From positions 190,650,001-190,714,000 of the forward strand of contig OZ024742.1 in assembly GCA_964016885.1 (NCBI GenBank): a DNA stretch of 64,000 nt, read 5' to 3'. A program made the position numbers and the translations under genes. The DNA is from Eledone cirrhosa. Taxonomy: Eukaryota. Below the pieces are notes generated by a model, which was not told the origin of the DNA, made no database searches, and worked only from the letters and a program-made list of their open reading frames with translations. Positions 1-12,368 of the stretch are shown in pieces. Numbering within the stretch: the first letter of the stretch is position 1; every line of letters starts with the position of its first letter.

Positions 1-480
1 CTGGTTAAGACCAGATGGTAAATGTAAGCAAAACATACACCATGTAACTATGTTATTCTATTGTGTGAAGCCTGGTTAAGACCACCTGGTGAATGTCACC
101 CTACCATACACCATGTAACTACATTACGCTACAGTATCTAGCCTGGTTAAGACCAGATGGTAAATGTAAGCAAAACATACACCATGTAACTATGTTATTC
201 TATTGTGTGAAGCCTGGTTAAGACCACATGGTGAATGTCACCCTACCATACACCATGTAACTACGTTACGCTACAGTATCTAGCCTGGTTAAGACCAGAT
301 GGTAAATGTAAGCAAAACATACACCATGTAACTATTTTACTCTATTGTATCAATCCTGGTTAAGACCACATGGTGAATGTAACCCTAACATGCATCACGT
401 ATGTGTTACACTACTGTATCTAGCCTGGCTAAGATTTCAAGGTGAATATAAACCTAACATACCCCGTGTAACTATGTTAA
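1..480. repeat. Satellite with 71-bp monomers alternating A/B (142-bp higher-order repeat), decaying at its right edge
   Basis: CTGGTTAAGACC recurs at 1, 72, 143, 214, 285, 356 and degenerately at 425. Monomers alternate CCAGATGGTAAATG and CCAC(C/A)TGGTGAATG. Confidence 0.9.
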
Positions 481-682
481 AGCACTTAGCAGCATGTTAC
501 AGAGTGTTTAAGAACTGAAAGATGCATAAAATAACACCACAAACAAAGTGAAGATAATGACTCGATATCACACTTTTTTCAGACTTACTTAGTTATAAAC
601 AATATCGGTTCACATGTAGCAGTTATTTCAAAGCAAAGCTAATATATGAAATTCTTGAGATATGCAACATCAATATAATTAT

Positions 683-878
683 TTCTACTTTTGTGAAAAG
701 ACCAGGAATTTAGGAAGAGGGGCCATTGACAATTGACACCCAATATTAGACTGGTACTTTATTTTATCGATCCCGGAAGGATGAAGAGCAAAGTCAACAT
801 CGGTGGAATTTGAACGTAAAGAACCGGGACAAACACCGTAATTGCATTGTATATGACATCCTATTAATTCTGCCAATA
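683..878 (-). mobile_element. tRNA-derived SINE (octopus-type), degenerate
   Basis: Contains CTGGTACTTTATTTTATCGA..GGATGAA..CAAAGTCAAC..GGAATTTGAAC, shared with the copies at 34.7, 37.3 and 49.9 kb. B-box GTTCAAATTCC lies on the minus strand. Confidence 0.75.
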
Positions 879-896
879 ATGTCATCAATATAATGG

Positions 897-1150
897 CTTC
901 TTATTTAGGTACAAGGCCATTGAGTTTTGCGAGAGGGGAAAGTCAATGAAATCGACCTCAGTAGATTACTGGTACTTTATTTCATCGACCTCGTAAGGAT
1001 AAACGGCTAAACTAACTTCGGCGGGATTTGAACTCTATGCCGCGAAGCAGGCCGTCCCACGCTCTAGGCTACAAACATCTTCACCAAGTTGTGTATATTA
1101 GCTTTGAAGCACGGTATCCGGCGCGTTACCAATATTGCCAATCCACCGCA
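897..1150 (-). mobile_element. tRNA-derived SINE, same family, degenerate
   Basis: Same core motif (TACTGGTACTTTATTTCATCGACC...GGCGGGATTTGAACTC). Confidence 0.7.
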
Positions 1151-1436
1151 ATTAACGCCATCAAAGTAACAATAGGGAAGAATCTAAAGTATAGTGAAGC
1201 CATATAAATGTGGAAGTATTATAAATTTGAAGTAGGAACTTTGTTGGTCGGCCTTGTTGTTCATTATCTAATACTCTGATGTCTGTGCGCATGGCTGAAG
1301 CAAAATGAATGAAAACAAAATCAGTTTGTTACATAAGCTTTATTCACTAAATGTCTATGGTAACTCACAGAGAATCCACATTCAGGAGAAAATGTCAAGT
1401 AAAAACTATCATTTTCGTCAAGTATTTTGAAATAAG

Positions 1437-1519
<83 letters not shown>

Positions 1520-1555
1520 GTATGTACGTATGTATGTATATATACACACCCACGC

Positions 1556-1586
<31 letters not shown>

Positions 1587-2074
1587 GTTATACTTGGGGA
1601 GGGTCATATTGTTGTAAAATTACCAGAATTAATAACAGAACACACTCGCTGTTTGGTTGGATTTCGCTTCTGTATCTTTTATATCAGTCAATTTATCGGT
1701 CCTCAATGTTACCATTGACTGACCAACGGTCAAAAATACAGATATAATATAGACACAAACACATATATATAGTCTAAGAAAGTTCTTTCGTTGCACATCT
1801 GCAACAACGTCAGTGGTGCTATTATGTTCCCCCTGTTGTATTGTATATCTACGCCATCTTTATTTAATCTCTTTATTTATTTATTTATTTATTTTTGTCT
1901 TCTCTGCGGATGCGTTTGCCTCTGTGTATAGTCTTTGATGTATCTTCGCGGTTGGCTGACTGTGTTCTGGTTATTGTATTCTATCTTAGTTTACTAGTGT
2001 GTGTTTATATGTGTTTGTTGTTATTGTGCTTATGTATGTATTTATATATTTATTTATTTATTTATTTATTTATA

Positions 2075-3453
2075 TTTCTCTTAGGTCAGTATTGTTTGTT
2101 TTAGTGTTGTCGTTATTCCATTCATTTTTTCTGTTTAGCTTTGGCATTCTGAGTTCTATTTCACTGGCCTCTCTGATTTGCCTATCTGCTGGATCATTTC
2201 TATGTTTAGATATTATTTTAATTTCTGTGTTGTCTATGTTACCGTTATGTTGTTGTCTGGCGTGTTCGTATAGTACTGAACCGTCTTTTCGTCCTTTTAG
2301 TTCTCTCCCCGTGTTGGTCTACCTTTTCACCTATGCTACGAGCTGTATGGCCTATGTATGTTGTTGTCATATTTCTGCAAGTACCCTCTGTACATCTTAC
2401 ACAATAGACTACATTTCTGGTTTGACAGTTTATCCGGGGGTTTACTTTACATATAATACATTTCCTATTAGTACAGTGGGTTTTCTTAAAAGGGTAGGTT
2501 TTGCTGATCAGGATTTTAGGGTGGTTCCTGGCTTTTCTACCACCTTAATCTTTAAGTCGGTCTTTCTCAGGGCCTTTCTACACTGGTTAGCTAATTTACC
2601 TCCAGGGGTAGCGTCCACGAACATGACACTCTGGTATCTTTGGTTGTCGTACCATGAGGTGGCTTTCCCTATCTTATGTTTAGTCCTATCCTAGCTATTC
2701 CATGATTTGCTCTTGTATAATGGGCAAATTTATTTCATGTCCAGTTCTATGAGGGTCCTATACTTCCCAGTGGCTCCTTCGTATACTCTGATTCTGTCTC
2801 TTTGGTTCCAGCCAGAGAGCTGCATGGGATTGATGAAGTGTTGGATGTGTTTTTCCATTTCTGTTGGGTCGCACATGCGGGACACGTTCTTCATCACTCG
2901 TACCAAGTCTGCGATCAGAATATTAAACTTAGCACTACTGGACATTGCTGAGTTTTTGAGTATCAGGTATTTGGAGGCCATGGGTTTAGCGTAGTGCGAG
3001 TGGAGAATGTTTGCTCTCTAGTCTATAGTGTTAATCCAGAGTTCCGTGTCTAATACACGTAGTCTATTGTTAAGGTGCTTGGAAGGGTAGTCGATAGTTA
3101 CAGTTATACTCTGGTGTATGGAATTAGCTATCTGCTGGATGCTTTCCATTGTTCTACATTCTAAATCATATTTGTTAGTACTCTCTTGTGGCGATGTCCT
3201 TATTACTATATTAATGTCGTCTACGTAACGAGAGTACATGATGAGGTCTATGGAGCTGTCATCAAGGAGATCTTTGAGTCTCCTTTCCCACCATACCATA
3301 AAAAGGTTGGCAACGTCACCAGCTATGCTGACGCCAATGGCTGCTCCCTCATTTTGGGTGTAAATCTTCTCGTTGAATTTGGATATGTGGCCCTTTAGGG
3401 TAGTTTTAATACTAACTCCTAATGCATGTGCGACCATTTTTCTTACCTGATCA
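2075..3453 (-). pseudogene. PLE reverse transcriptase C-terminal half plus Zn finger and GIY-YIG endonuclease, with stops and frameshifts
   Basis: Motifs IYTQNEGAAIGVSIAGDVANLFM and YSRYVDDINIV (RT), RVLDTEL, then C..C..C..C and a VY...YIG-type GIY-YIG motif (best read in the sister copies). Confidence 0.88.
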
Positions 3454-4010
3454 TTGTTTGTGGACGCTACCAGTGGAGGGAAATTAGCTAACCAGTGTAG
3501 AAAGGCCCTGAGAAAGACCCACTTAAAGATTGAGGTGGTAGAAAAGCCAGGGACCACCATAAAATCCCTGATCAGCAAAACATACACTTTTAAGAAAACC
3601 CACTGTATTAATAGGAAATGTATTATATGTAAAGTAAACCCCCGGATAAACTGTAAAACTAGAAACGTAGTCTATAGCATAAGATGTACAGAGGGTACTT
3701 GCAGAAACATGAAAACAACATACATAGGCGATACAGCTCGTAGCATAGGTGAAAAGATAAACCAACACGGGGGGAGAACTAAAAGGAGGAAAAGAGGGTT
3801 CAGTACTATACGAACACGCCAGACAACAACATGATGGTAACATAGACAACACAGAAATTAAAATAATATCTAAACATAGAAATGATCCAGCAGATAGGCA
3901 AATCAGAGAGGCCAGTGAAATAGAAGATAGAAGGCCAAATCTAAACAGAAAAAATGAATGGAATAACAACAAGACCCAAATAAACAATACTGATCTAAGA
4001 GAAATATAAA
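3454..4010 (+). pseudogene. PLE Zn finger/GIY-YIG fragment (inverted second copy)
   Basis: HCINRKCIIC..INCKTRNVVYSIRC..TYIGDTARSIGE, with a frameshift near 3770. Confidence 0.85.
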
Positions 4011-4249
4011 TTAATAAATAAATAAATAAATACATACATAAGCACAATAACAACAAACACATATAAACACACACTAGTAAACTAAGATAGAATACAATAA
4101 CCAAAACAGAGTCACCCAAACATGAAGACACATCAAACACTATACACAGAGGCAAACGCATGCGCAGAGAAGAAGACAAAAATAAATAAATAAAGAGATT
4201 AAATAAAGATGGCGTAGATATACAATACAACAGGAGGAAACATAATATC

Positions 4250-4290
4250 ACCACTGACGATGTTGCAAATGTGCAACGAAAGAACTTTGT
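4250..4290 (+). ncRNA. Minimal hammerhead-like motif in family A 3' region (copies at ~1780-1815 minus with mutated core, 16225-16264 minus, 19947-19985 plus, 23105-23146 minus)
   Basis: CTGACGA-t-GTTGCA-(a/g)atg-TGCAAC-GAAA-G(A/T)AC-TT. Stem II is perfect, but stem I is weak (2-3 bp). Confidence 0.6.
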
Positions 4291-4481
4291 TAGACTATAT
4301 ATATATGTGTTTGTGTCTATATTATATCTGTATTTTTGACCGTTGGTCAGTCAATGGTAACACTGAGGACCGAATAAATTGACTGATATAAAAGATACAG
4401 AAGCGAAATCCAACAAAACAACGAGGGTGATCTACTATTAAATCTAGCAATATTACAACAATATGACCCTCCCCAAGTGCC

Positions 4482-5598
4482 CTGGAAATACTCTACGCCA
4501 CAGACCACATCTTAAACAAAAAATCTGGGTCAATTTCGGCTTATAAACATAAATTGCACAAAACTTTCCTGTATTACAGCCCCACGTTATACCCTAACGG
4601 ATAGTTCGATCTATACGTGGATATTTTACGTCTCGATGTGGGAGCTAAGTATATGTTTGTTTATACCTTTACTTATTTGCATAGGTAGGTATATATTATC
4701 CGTATGTTTTGTGAAGGTACGTATACCTTCGCGTACGTATATTTGATTGTTATGGCGTATACATTTTTTTATATTTCTGGTACATATGGTTTGGCTATGT
4801 GTATACGGGAGTTTTGCGTCTGTGTGAGTATGCAGGTTCGTACGTATGTAGGGCGTGTGTATATGTGTACTTCATGTTTTGGTTGACTTACGTCTCCGAA
4901 CATTCGTGTATTTACATGTAGGTATGTGTGTGCGCTTGTTATATACGTATTTATTTATATACGTTTATATAATTATTTATTTATTTGTAGACACGCTTAC
5001 ACACACACACACATATTTATATGTGCGTGGTTTTGTTTACCTATGGTAAGTTTTGCGTATGCTTGTGTATGTACGTATTTGTTTGCGTGTTTGTATTTAT
5101 TTATTTCTATTACTTCTGTATTGTATTTATTTACTTTGTTCTTAACTCTGTAGCGGAGATTCATTCGGTCTCCTAGTTAGAATTTAGTCTACGACCTCTG
5201 CTATACCATTTACGTGGGTTTGTCTTTGCGTGCTATTGTTCTCCACGCTCCACATATGACGTAGTATCTTCGTTTTTTCGTTCATTGCCAGAGAACGTCT
5301 CTATGCACTACCTAAGAGAACATTAGTCTACGACCTCTTTTATACCATAAACGTGGTTCTGTCTTTGCGCGTAATTGCTTTTCACCGCTCCTATTAATGA
5401 CGTATTATATTCGTTTTTTCCCGTTCTTAGCCAGCGAACGTTACCACGAACCAAAGTATCGTCTTCCTGTCTTCCTCCGGTTGCAAATTTTTTTGAAATA
5501 TCCAGTTCTGCGTTTACAGATTGACTTTGTTAGTTTCAGAAGATCCCGTTAAGGGTGAAAGCAGCGATTCTTTGCTTAAACTTTAATCTGTTATTTTA

Positions 5599-5610
<12 letters not shown>
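4482..5610 (+). mobile_element. 3' end of a second PLE lineage (family C): GIY-YIG C-terminal tail 4482-4604 plus long 3' region
   Basis: 4482-4604 translates LEILYATDHILNKKSGSISAYKHKLHKTFLYYSP*, homologous to the tails at 23.5 and 42.0 kb. 5150-5610 recurs inverted at 50975-51437 and in part at 35.5-35.7 kb. Confidence 0.65.
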
Positions 5611-5630
<20 letters not shown>

Positions 5631-5635
<5 letters not shown>

Positions 5636-6520
5636 GTATAGGATTATCCAAGATGCAGTGATGGTTAATTACTACACTGGATATGGTTGACGTACGGTAA
5701 GAGATTACTCTACGAGTTATGGAAGAATTGTTCAAGAAACTTAGTTCCTGATCCTTCAGTATTCCGGAGTGTATATAAAGAATGAATAATAACAGGTAGA
5801 CATCATAAAAAGGTAGTTTATTCCGTGTGCTTACAAGTGTTTCCACGGTGGTACTGCAGCCTAGTTCCGCTACATGCAAATTCACAAGTATTTGCAGAAC
5901 TCGAATATCCAATGCTGTGACCACTGTTTCCTCAGAGCAGAATGGTAAATATACAATGTAAAAACCCTTAAGTGGGGTTGTTGGGGAAGATAGAGTGGAA
6001 CAGGAAGAGAGAAAAGTAGGGAAGATGGAGAGAGAAGGAAAGATATGCAGGGGTTGGAGAAGTAGGAGAGAGTGGCTTGTAGATATCTTAATCAAAATGT
6101 TATGGTAGGGGTTTTATTAGTTACTTTTGGAGAGATGCGTAGATAGTTGAGGTCGGAATTATTTATTGCCCCAGAGGTCAAGTTCATAGATGTTGAGAGG
6201 GAGGTAGGTCAAAGGTGAGAGAGAGAGAGTGTAATGGATGTAGAGAGAGATATATAGGTAGAGAGGGGACAGATAAAGTATATGTGGTGAGTGAACTTTT
6301 GGTTTTGTAGTAGTAATCTAGGAATTGTACTGAGTTACCATGTATAGTGATAAGCAGTGTATTGTCTTGTAGTGTGGGGGAGAAGAGAAGGTTGTTAGCT
6401 AGAAAGTGGTGTTGTAGTTACGGGTTCGAATGTTAAGTTATTTTATAGTGAGAGAATTTAGCTTTTAGTTTGCACACGGAATAAACTACCTTTTTATGAT
6501 GTCTACCTGTTATTATTCAT

Positions 6521-6522
<2 letters not shown>
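5631..6522. mobile_element. Non-coding HHR-bearing element with ~50-bp inverted segments (5780-5830 / 6472-6522), inserted in (TA)n
   Basis: GAATGAATAATAACAGG...TTCCGTGTGC is the reverse complement of 6472-6522, and both flanks are microsatellites. Confidence 0.6.
5828..5939 (-). ncRNA. Type I hammerhead ribozyme with extended stem II
   Basis: Minus strand reads TGCT-CTGAGGA-(acaGTGGT...ACCACcgt)-GAAA-CACTTG-TA-AGCA. Stem I TGCT/AGCA, predicted GUA cleavage. Confidence 0.7.
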
Positions 6523-6579
<57 letters not shown>

Positions 6580-6580
<1 letters not shown>

Positions 6581-6821
6581 AAAGTTTTATTTAAAATTGT
6601 TGGGTTACAACGAGTAAATATTTTATAACTGATATAAAAGCACTCAACAAGTTTTGGAGTATTTTACGATATTAAACAAATGGAAACTACATTTATAAAA
6701 CCATATTTATTTCATTATATATATTTCAGGGATATCATATTAAAAATATGGTATGCCCTCTTCAGACAAAATACAATATATAAACAGTTTTATAAATAAG
6801 TGCATCGCAAGAAGAGGTGCC

Positions 6822-6872
<51 letters not shown>

Positions 6873-7209
6873 TATAGTAGTAGTAGTAGTAGTAGGAGGA
6901 GGAGGAGGAGGAGGAGGAGGAGGAGGAGGAGGAGGAGGAGGAGGAGGAGGAGAATGGGTGGTGGTATATAGAATACAAACTTAACATATGAAACCGATAT
7001 ACCTTACAAGGGTAAGGTAGAGAATGACAGACCAAAGCAACTTTTTAAATGGAAGTTGTAAAGTTTTAAGGTATGTCAAATTTATTTATAAAACTGTTTA
7101 TATATTGTATTTTGTCTGAAGAGGGCATACCATATTTTTAATATGATATCCCTGAAATATATATAATGAAATAAATATGGTTTTATAAATGTAGTTTCCA
7201 TTTAATATC

Positions 7210-7255
<46 letters not shown>

Positions 7256-7438
7256 TGCGTTGTGTTCTTGAGCAAAACACTTCATTTCATGTTGCTCCAG
7301 TATACACAGCTGAAAATGAGTACCAGCAATAGCTGGAGGTTATGGTTATTTGCATTAATCGGTAAAGCGTCAGCATAGAGTAACGTCCCTTGACTTTCTG
7401 AATTCAAATCCTACCCAGGTTAGCTTTATATTTATATA

Positions 7439-7488
<50 letters not shown>

Positions 7489-7539
7489 TACAGAGATAGA
7501 TAGACAGATAGAGAGAGGGAGAGAGGGAGTTAGAGGGAG

Positions 7540-7636
<97 letters not shown>

Positions 7637-7839
7637 GAGAGAGAGAGAGCAAGAGAGAGAGAGAGGGAAAGGGAAAAGAGTATAACAGGATATAGTAACT
7701 GTTGTATGTAACAAAGAGGAATTATCCAGTAAGAAATTCACGTCATACTTTTCCGAAACGACCAATCCTTTAGTCTGTCATTGTCTACCTTACTCTTGTA
7801 AGGTATATCAGTTTCATATGTTAAGTTTGTATTCTATAT

Positions 7840-7899
<60 letters not shown>

Positions 7900-7925
7900 G
7901 GCACCTCTTCTTGCGATGCACTTTT
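6580..7925. repeat. Two interleaved inverted-repeat pairs (6670-6795 / 7085-7210 and 6797-7036 / 7768-7924)
   Basis: Direct reverse-complement matches. The first family recurs as a fold-back at 35725-35940 / 36850-36983. Confidence 0.8.
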
Positions 7926-8559
7926 ATACAATATTGGTGGACTGATAGGTTCGATGCTCCAAGCGGACAATTGAAGATTTCAGCTATATCGAAATGTCAT
8001 CTTTATTTAAAGACTGTCTTTTCTCCTGAAAAGTGTCCACAGGGAGGACAGAGAGAGCTAGAGAGAGAGAGAGAAGGAGAGAAGAGAGAGAGGTAGAGAG
8101 GATATGGTGAGCGATATATATATATATAGAGAGAGAGAGGGAGGGAGGGGGAAGACGAGGAGAGAGAGAGGTAGAAAGGAAGAGGGCGAGAGAGAGGGAG
8201 GGGGAGCCGAGGAGAGAGAGAGGTAGAAAGAAAGAGGGCGAGAGAGAGAGGGAGAGGGAATAAGAGAGGGAGAGGGAATAATAGATGGAGAGACAAAGAA
8301 AGAAAGAGGAAATAAGAAGTAGAGCGAAAGAAAGAAAGAAAAAAGGAGTGAGCGAGGGCGAGAGAGAGGTAGAGAGAGGGAGAGAGAATTGGAGAAAGAG
8401 GGTGAGAGAGAGAGAAAGAAAGAGATAGAAGAGAAAGTTAGATATAGAGAAAAAAGGTGATGATTAAGAGATTTAAATGGATGGGAGAGAGATTGACTAC
8501 AGAAGAGGGGACTGAGAATATAAACATGCACACGCACACATTCACACACGCACACACAT

Positions 8560-8640
<81 letters not shown>

Positions 8641-8906
8641 TAAGTTTCTTTTATTTGCCACTAGGGCATCAAAAGTGGGACAAGTACAAAGGGGGGAGTT
8701 TACACAAAAAGGCGTCCTCAATAAGGAGGAGGCAATAACAAAATATAAAAATAAAATAAGATATAACAAAAAATAAAATTTTTAACAAAATCCTCAATAG
8801 AGAGGAGGCGCCTTGGGGGGTCGCACACACCCCCGAAAAAAGTGTGCAACCCTTTTCCTCAGGAGCACAGAGAGGGGGTGCTCCCTCGTTCCTTCCTCTT
8901 TTCCAC

Positions 8907-11900
8907 CTACAGGCTTATGTAAAGAGAAGGCCCATTCACACGGGCCATTCTCGCCACTTTCGCCCACCTTTCATAAAAACGACTGGGGTGCAGCACCTCT
9001 CTCTCCATCCTGATCCTTCTTCCGAAATGATATCGGAAGAAACGGACCAGTTGTTGGCCAGAGAGAAAGGTGCCTGACCTCAGTCCTTTCAGACGCGTCC
9101 ACCATACAACCTCTTTCGCCATGGCTATTACGCACAGAAACACCGCCTCTGCTTCATCTTTGAAGGGGGGAGGCGGCTTGATCATTACAATAGACTCGGT
9201 GGTCAACCGGATCGGTCCCACCCTTGACAGCAGTTGTTCGACATAGCCCCACAGATCGGCTACGCCCGAGCAGTGTACCAATGCGTGTGCAACGGTTTCC
9301 TCGTCGCACACGCATCTGGGACAGATCTTTTTGGCGGGGTCCCTACCCGGGCGCCCGTGTCTGTAGAGCCTTTCTCGAACGGGTAAAGCCCCTCGGTAGC
9401 ACTGCCAGGCCAGGGACTTCTGGAAGTTGTCCATAGGTCCCGGGCTGAATGTCCTACCGAACAGGCTGGCCAGTTCGTCCTCCTCCATGTCTAGGGCTTC
9501 TCCGAGGGCGTCGTCGCACCTGCTGCGTACCAGCCCTCTATAGAATGTTGCGGTGGAGTCTCCACTGATAACCGGATCCGCCTGCCAGAGGGCGGTGAGC
9601 GCCTGGGCACACTCAGTGTGCCAGGCGCCCAGTTTTCTCGGTCTTTGCTTGACCCAGGATTGCAGCTCGGTGAGTGAGACGAGTCTGGGAAAGGTTCGTC
9701 TCACAAACGAGGCCCACACCGGTTGTCCGGTGAGGAATACGTAGAGGTGCCGTAGCCTTAATGCGTGTTTACGCATCATTAGCCACGGCATCCCCAGCCC
9801 TCCTTTCGAAGGGTGTTGACAGCAGATGGATCTCCTCACCATAGGAGCCCGCCTCTTCCAAAGGAATTGGAAGAGCGCGCGCTCCATCTTGGTGAGGGTT
9901 TCCCTTGGGCAGGGCACTACGGTCAGGCGGTAGTAGATGACGGACGCTATATAAGTGTTCGCCACCTCCGCCCGACCTTTCAGGGATAGTTTGCAACTGG
10001 CCCACTTCTGGGTCAGTGAAAACACCCTGTTCGTAACCTCCGCCCAGTTTTTCTCCACCTGGAGGTCCGGTCCGAACCAGACCCCGAGCAACTTCACCGG
10101 GCCCTCCGTCCAGCGTCCGACGACGCCATCAGAGGGCATCGGTCTGCCCCTCCACGTGCCGAGTTGCAAACCGATCGACTTGTCCCGGTTCAGCTTAGCC
10201 CCTGTGAACTTTTCGTACTCCTCCAGTAAGGTGCCGACCGCCTCGATTTCGGAGGCCGTTGACACCATTACTGTCACATCATCGGCGTAGGCTGACACCG
10301 CTTTCCGCAATCCCGGTTCCAAAGGGATGCCCTGCAACAACTCCAACTTCCGCAGTAGTGGCTCGAGAGTCAACACATACAGAAGGGAGGAGAGAGGGCA
10401 CCCTTGTCGGATGGACCGCGCGATTTTGAACGGCTCCGAGAGGTAGCCGTTCACCTTGACCCTAGAGCAGATGCGGCTGCTGTGCATAGCAGTGATCCAG
10501 CCCCTGAAAACGGGTCCGAAGCCTGCCGCCGCTAGCACCGCATCCAGGTAACCATGGTCGACCCTATCGAACGCCTTAGATTGATCCAAGTTGATCAGAG
10601 CCCCACCAAAGCCGGGTTCGTTCCCAACCCTCTCTATGATGTATCGCATGAGGTGGAGGTTGTCATGGATGGACCTGGACGGGATAGCGCATGTCTGCGC
10701 ATCTCCCACCAGGTTGCCCACGACAAGCGCCAACCTCTTTGCTAGCACCTTGGCCAAAATCTGTAACTCTGTATTTAGCAGAGTTATGGGCCTGAAGTTA
10801 CTTATTTCGTCCCCCTTGTTCTCGTCCTTCCTCACTAGCGTGACTACGCCCTTGGTCACAGTACAGGGAATTCTCCCGTTCTGTTGCCAGTTGCAGTAGA
10901 CCGCCTCGAGGAGATCGGGGAACAAGTCCGGCATAGCTAGATATAATTCGTAAGGAAGACCATCGAGACCCGGGGATTTGCGTTTGCCGCATTGGCTCAG
11001 CACGTCCTCTATCTCAGCGGCCGAAATCGGCTCCTCGCAGGACTTCGCCTCCCTGTCCGAGAGGCGCGGCAGGCCGTCGAGGTATGGACCGAAGTCCACG
11101 TTCCCAACCGGCTCCCCGCCCCTCCCGAACAGTCGGGCAAAGTGCCTTTGAAAGGCCTCACACATCTGCTTAGGCTCAAGAATCGCCCGTCCATCCAGGT
11201 CTCGCAAAGACCGGATGGTGGATTTAGTTCCACTGTTGGCCTCTGTGACGCGGGCCCAGCTAACAGCTTTGGCCCCCTCGTTCCCTAGAGCACGTATTTT
11301 ACTTCGGACAACGCAGCCTTCGTGCTTCGCGTCGAAAAACTGGCTCAAAGCCGTTCTCGACGCTAGCACTCTGGCCACGTCGCCGCTTCTAATTGCCTCT
11401 TCTACTCTATCTATTAGCTCCCTTTCCTTCCTATTCCTATCCGCAGCTAGAACCTTACTAAATTCAATCGAGACTACTCTAATCTCTCTCTTTAGAGATA
11501 CCCACCACCTGCTGTTGACGATCGCTCCAGTCAACCGTTCCTTAACTAACGTACTAATCCGATTCCTGTAGGCTCTACTTGCCGGCAAGGACAAGTTGAG
11601 CTTCCAGTAACCGGGGCCCTGTCTATGAGTTCTGTCAAGGTTGACCATGCAGGTCACTAATTTGTGGTCTGAATAGCCAACCATGCGCATTTTTGGACAA
11701 CTTAAAAAGTCCTTATCCTTAATTCTAACTAAGAACCTATCTAGGTACGACCTAGATGATCCGCTACGATTTGCCCAAGTCCAGGTTGGCGCAGTCGGAA
11801 AATCTAGTCGATATCTATCGGCCAGGTCAAATCGACCGATTAACCCTTTGAGGCTATTACACCCCTCTCTATCGGGGCAGGCCCCTACGTAGTCCCAGCG

Positions 11901-12344
11901 TGCATCTAGGATACCATTCCAGTCCCCCACTAATAGCAAGGAGCGGGACGTCCCTAGAAAAGTCTCCAGACGATGGAAGAAGTCCGGCCGCATTGACCCG
12001 AAAGGGCCGTAGGCGGCTACCAACCTAAACGCTCCACCTTTACCACTGCCAAGGTCCAGAACCACTAGTCGACCCTCCGGGTCCAAATGTACCATCTGTG
12101 TTGCGAGACCCAGATGTTTTTGCAGCAGAACGACAACTCCACCCCCGCCTCCGGGCTGACAGAGAGATGCGTGCATCTCAAAGTCATCAAAGGCGGGGGC
12201 CAGCTGTCGCACGTTGCTGATCCGGGCCTCGCAAATAACCATCACATCTATACGTTGTGACCTGAGGTCATTTAGAAGCATTGCTTGCTTCCAAGTTGAG
12301 CCCAGGCCACGTGCATTTAAACAGCCTACTCTTAGCATAGCCAT
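8907..12344 (-). CDS. LINE ORF2p: APE endonuclease + reverse transcriptase + C-terminal zinc-binding domain (first ATG 12344)
   Basis: APE motifs LNARG, GDWN, YLDR, SDH, then GPGYWKLN. RT motifs KSPGLDG, FRPITLLN, LDQSKAFDRV, RQGCPLS, YADD. C-terminal CPRC..ETVAHALVHC. No stops in ~1145 aa. Confidence 0.95.
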   Translation of the reverse strand: MAMLRVGCLNARGLGSTWKQAMLLNDLRSQRIDVMVICEARISNVRQLAPAFDDFEMHASLCQPGGGGGVVVLLQKHLGLATQMVHLDPEGRLVVLDLGSGKGGAFRLVAAYGPFGSMRPDFFHRLETFLGTSRSLLLVGDWNGILDARWDYVGACPDREGCNSLKGLIGRFDLADRYRLDFPTAPTWTWANRSGSSRSYLDRFLVRIKDKDFLSCPKMRMVGYSDHKLVTCMVNLDRTHRQGPGYWKLNLSLPASRAYRNRISTLVKERLTGAIVNSRWWVSLKREIRVVSIEFSKVLAADRNRKERELIDRVEEAIRSGDVARVLASRTALSQFFDAKHEGCVVRSKIRALGNEGAKAVSWARVTEANSGTKSTIRSLRDLDGRAILEPKQMCEAFQRHFARLFGRGGEPVGNVDFGPYLDGLPRLSDREAKSCEEPISAAEIEDVLSQCGKRKSPGLDGLPYELYLAMPDLFPDLLEAVYCNWQQNGRIPCTVTKGVVTLVRKDENKGDEISNFRPITLLNTELQILAKVLAKRLALVVGNLVGDAQTCAIPSRSIHDNLHLMRYIIERVGNEPGFGGALINLDQSKAFDRVDHGYLDAVLAAAGFGPVFRGWITAMHSSRICSRVKVNGYLSEPFKIARSIRQGCPLSSLLYVLTLEPLLRKLELLQGIPLEPGLRKAVSAYADDVTVMVSTASEIEAVGTLLEEYEKFTGAKLNRDKSIGLQLGTWRGRPMPSDGVVGRWTEGPVKLLGVWFGPDLQVEKNWAEVTNRVFSLTQKWASCKLSLKGRAEVANTYIASVIYYRLTVVPCPRETLTKMERALFQFLWKRRAPMVRRSICCQHPSKGGLGMPWLMMRKHALRLRHLYVFLTGQPVWASFVRRTFPRLVSLTELQSWVKQRPRKLGAWHTECAQALTALWQADPVISGDSTATFYRGLVRSRCDDALGEALDMEEDELASLFGRTFSPGPMDNFQKSLAWQCYRGALPVRERLYRHGRPGRDPAKKICPRCVCDEETVAHALVHCSGVADLWGYVEQLLSRVGPIRLTTESIVMIKPPPPFKDEAEAVFLCVIAMAKEVVWWTRLKGLRSGTFLSGQQLVRFFRYHFGRRIRMEREVLHPSRFYERWAKVARMARVNGPSLYISL

Positions 12345-12368
12345 GTTGGTAGTGAAGAGAAAAGGCAC

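Larger units (their letters stand above)
1587..4478. mobile_element. Penelope-like element family A as a fold-back: minus arm 1587-3453, plus arm 3454-4478
   Basis: Both ends are the element 3' end (GTTATACTTGGGGAGGGTCATA ... TATGACCCTCCCCAAGT). The arms encode the same RT/GIY-YIG C-terminus in opposite orientations. Confidence 0.9.

Noticed and set aside
1-480. CRISPR-like regular repeat
   Set aside because: The intervening sequences are themselves repeated, there are no cas genes, and the context is eukaryotic.
1999-2694. 231-aa hydrophobic ORF (also 3523-4254, 16459-16878 and the N-terminal part of 23142-23678)
   Set aside because: Antisense shadows of Penelope coding and 3' sequence, not membrane proteins.
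5537-5570. Hammerhead at CAGAAGA-tCCC-gttaa-GGGt-GAAA (also at 35.6 and 51.0 kb)
   Set aside because: U4 and U16.1 are absent and there is no stem I. At most a decayed motif.
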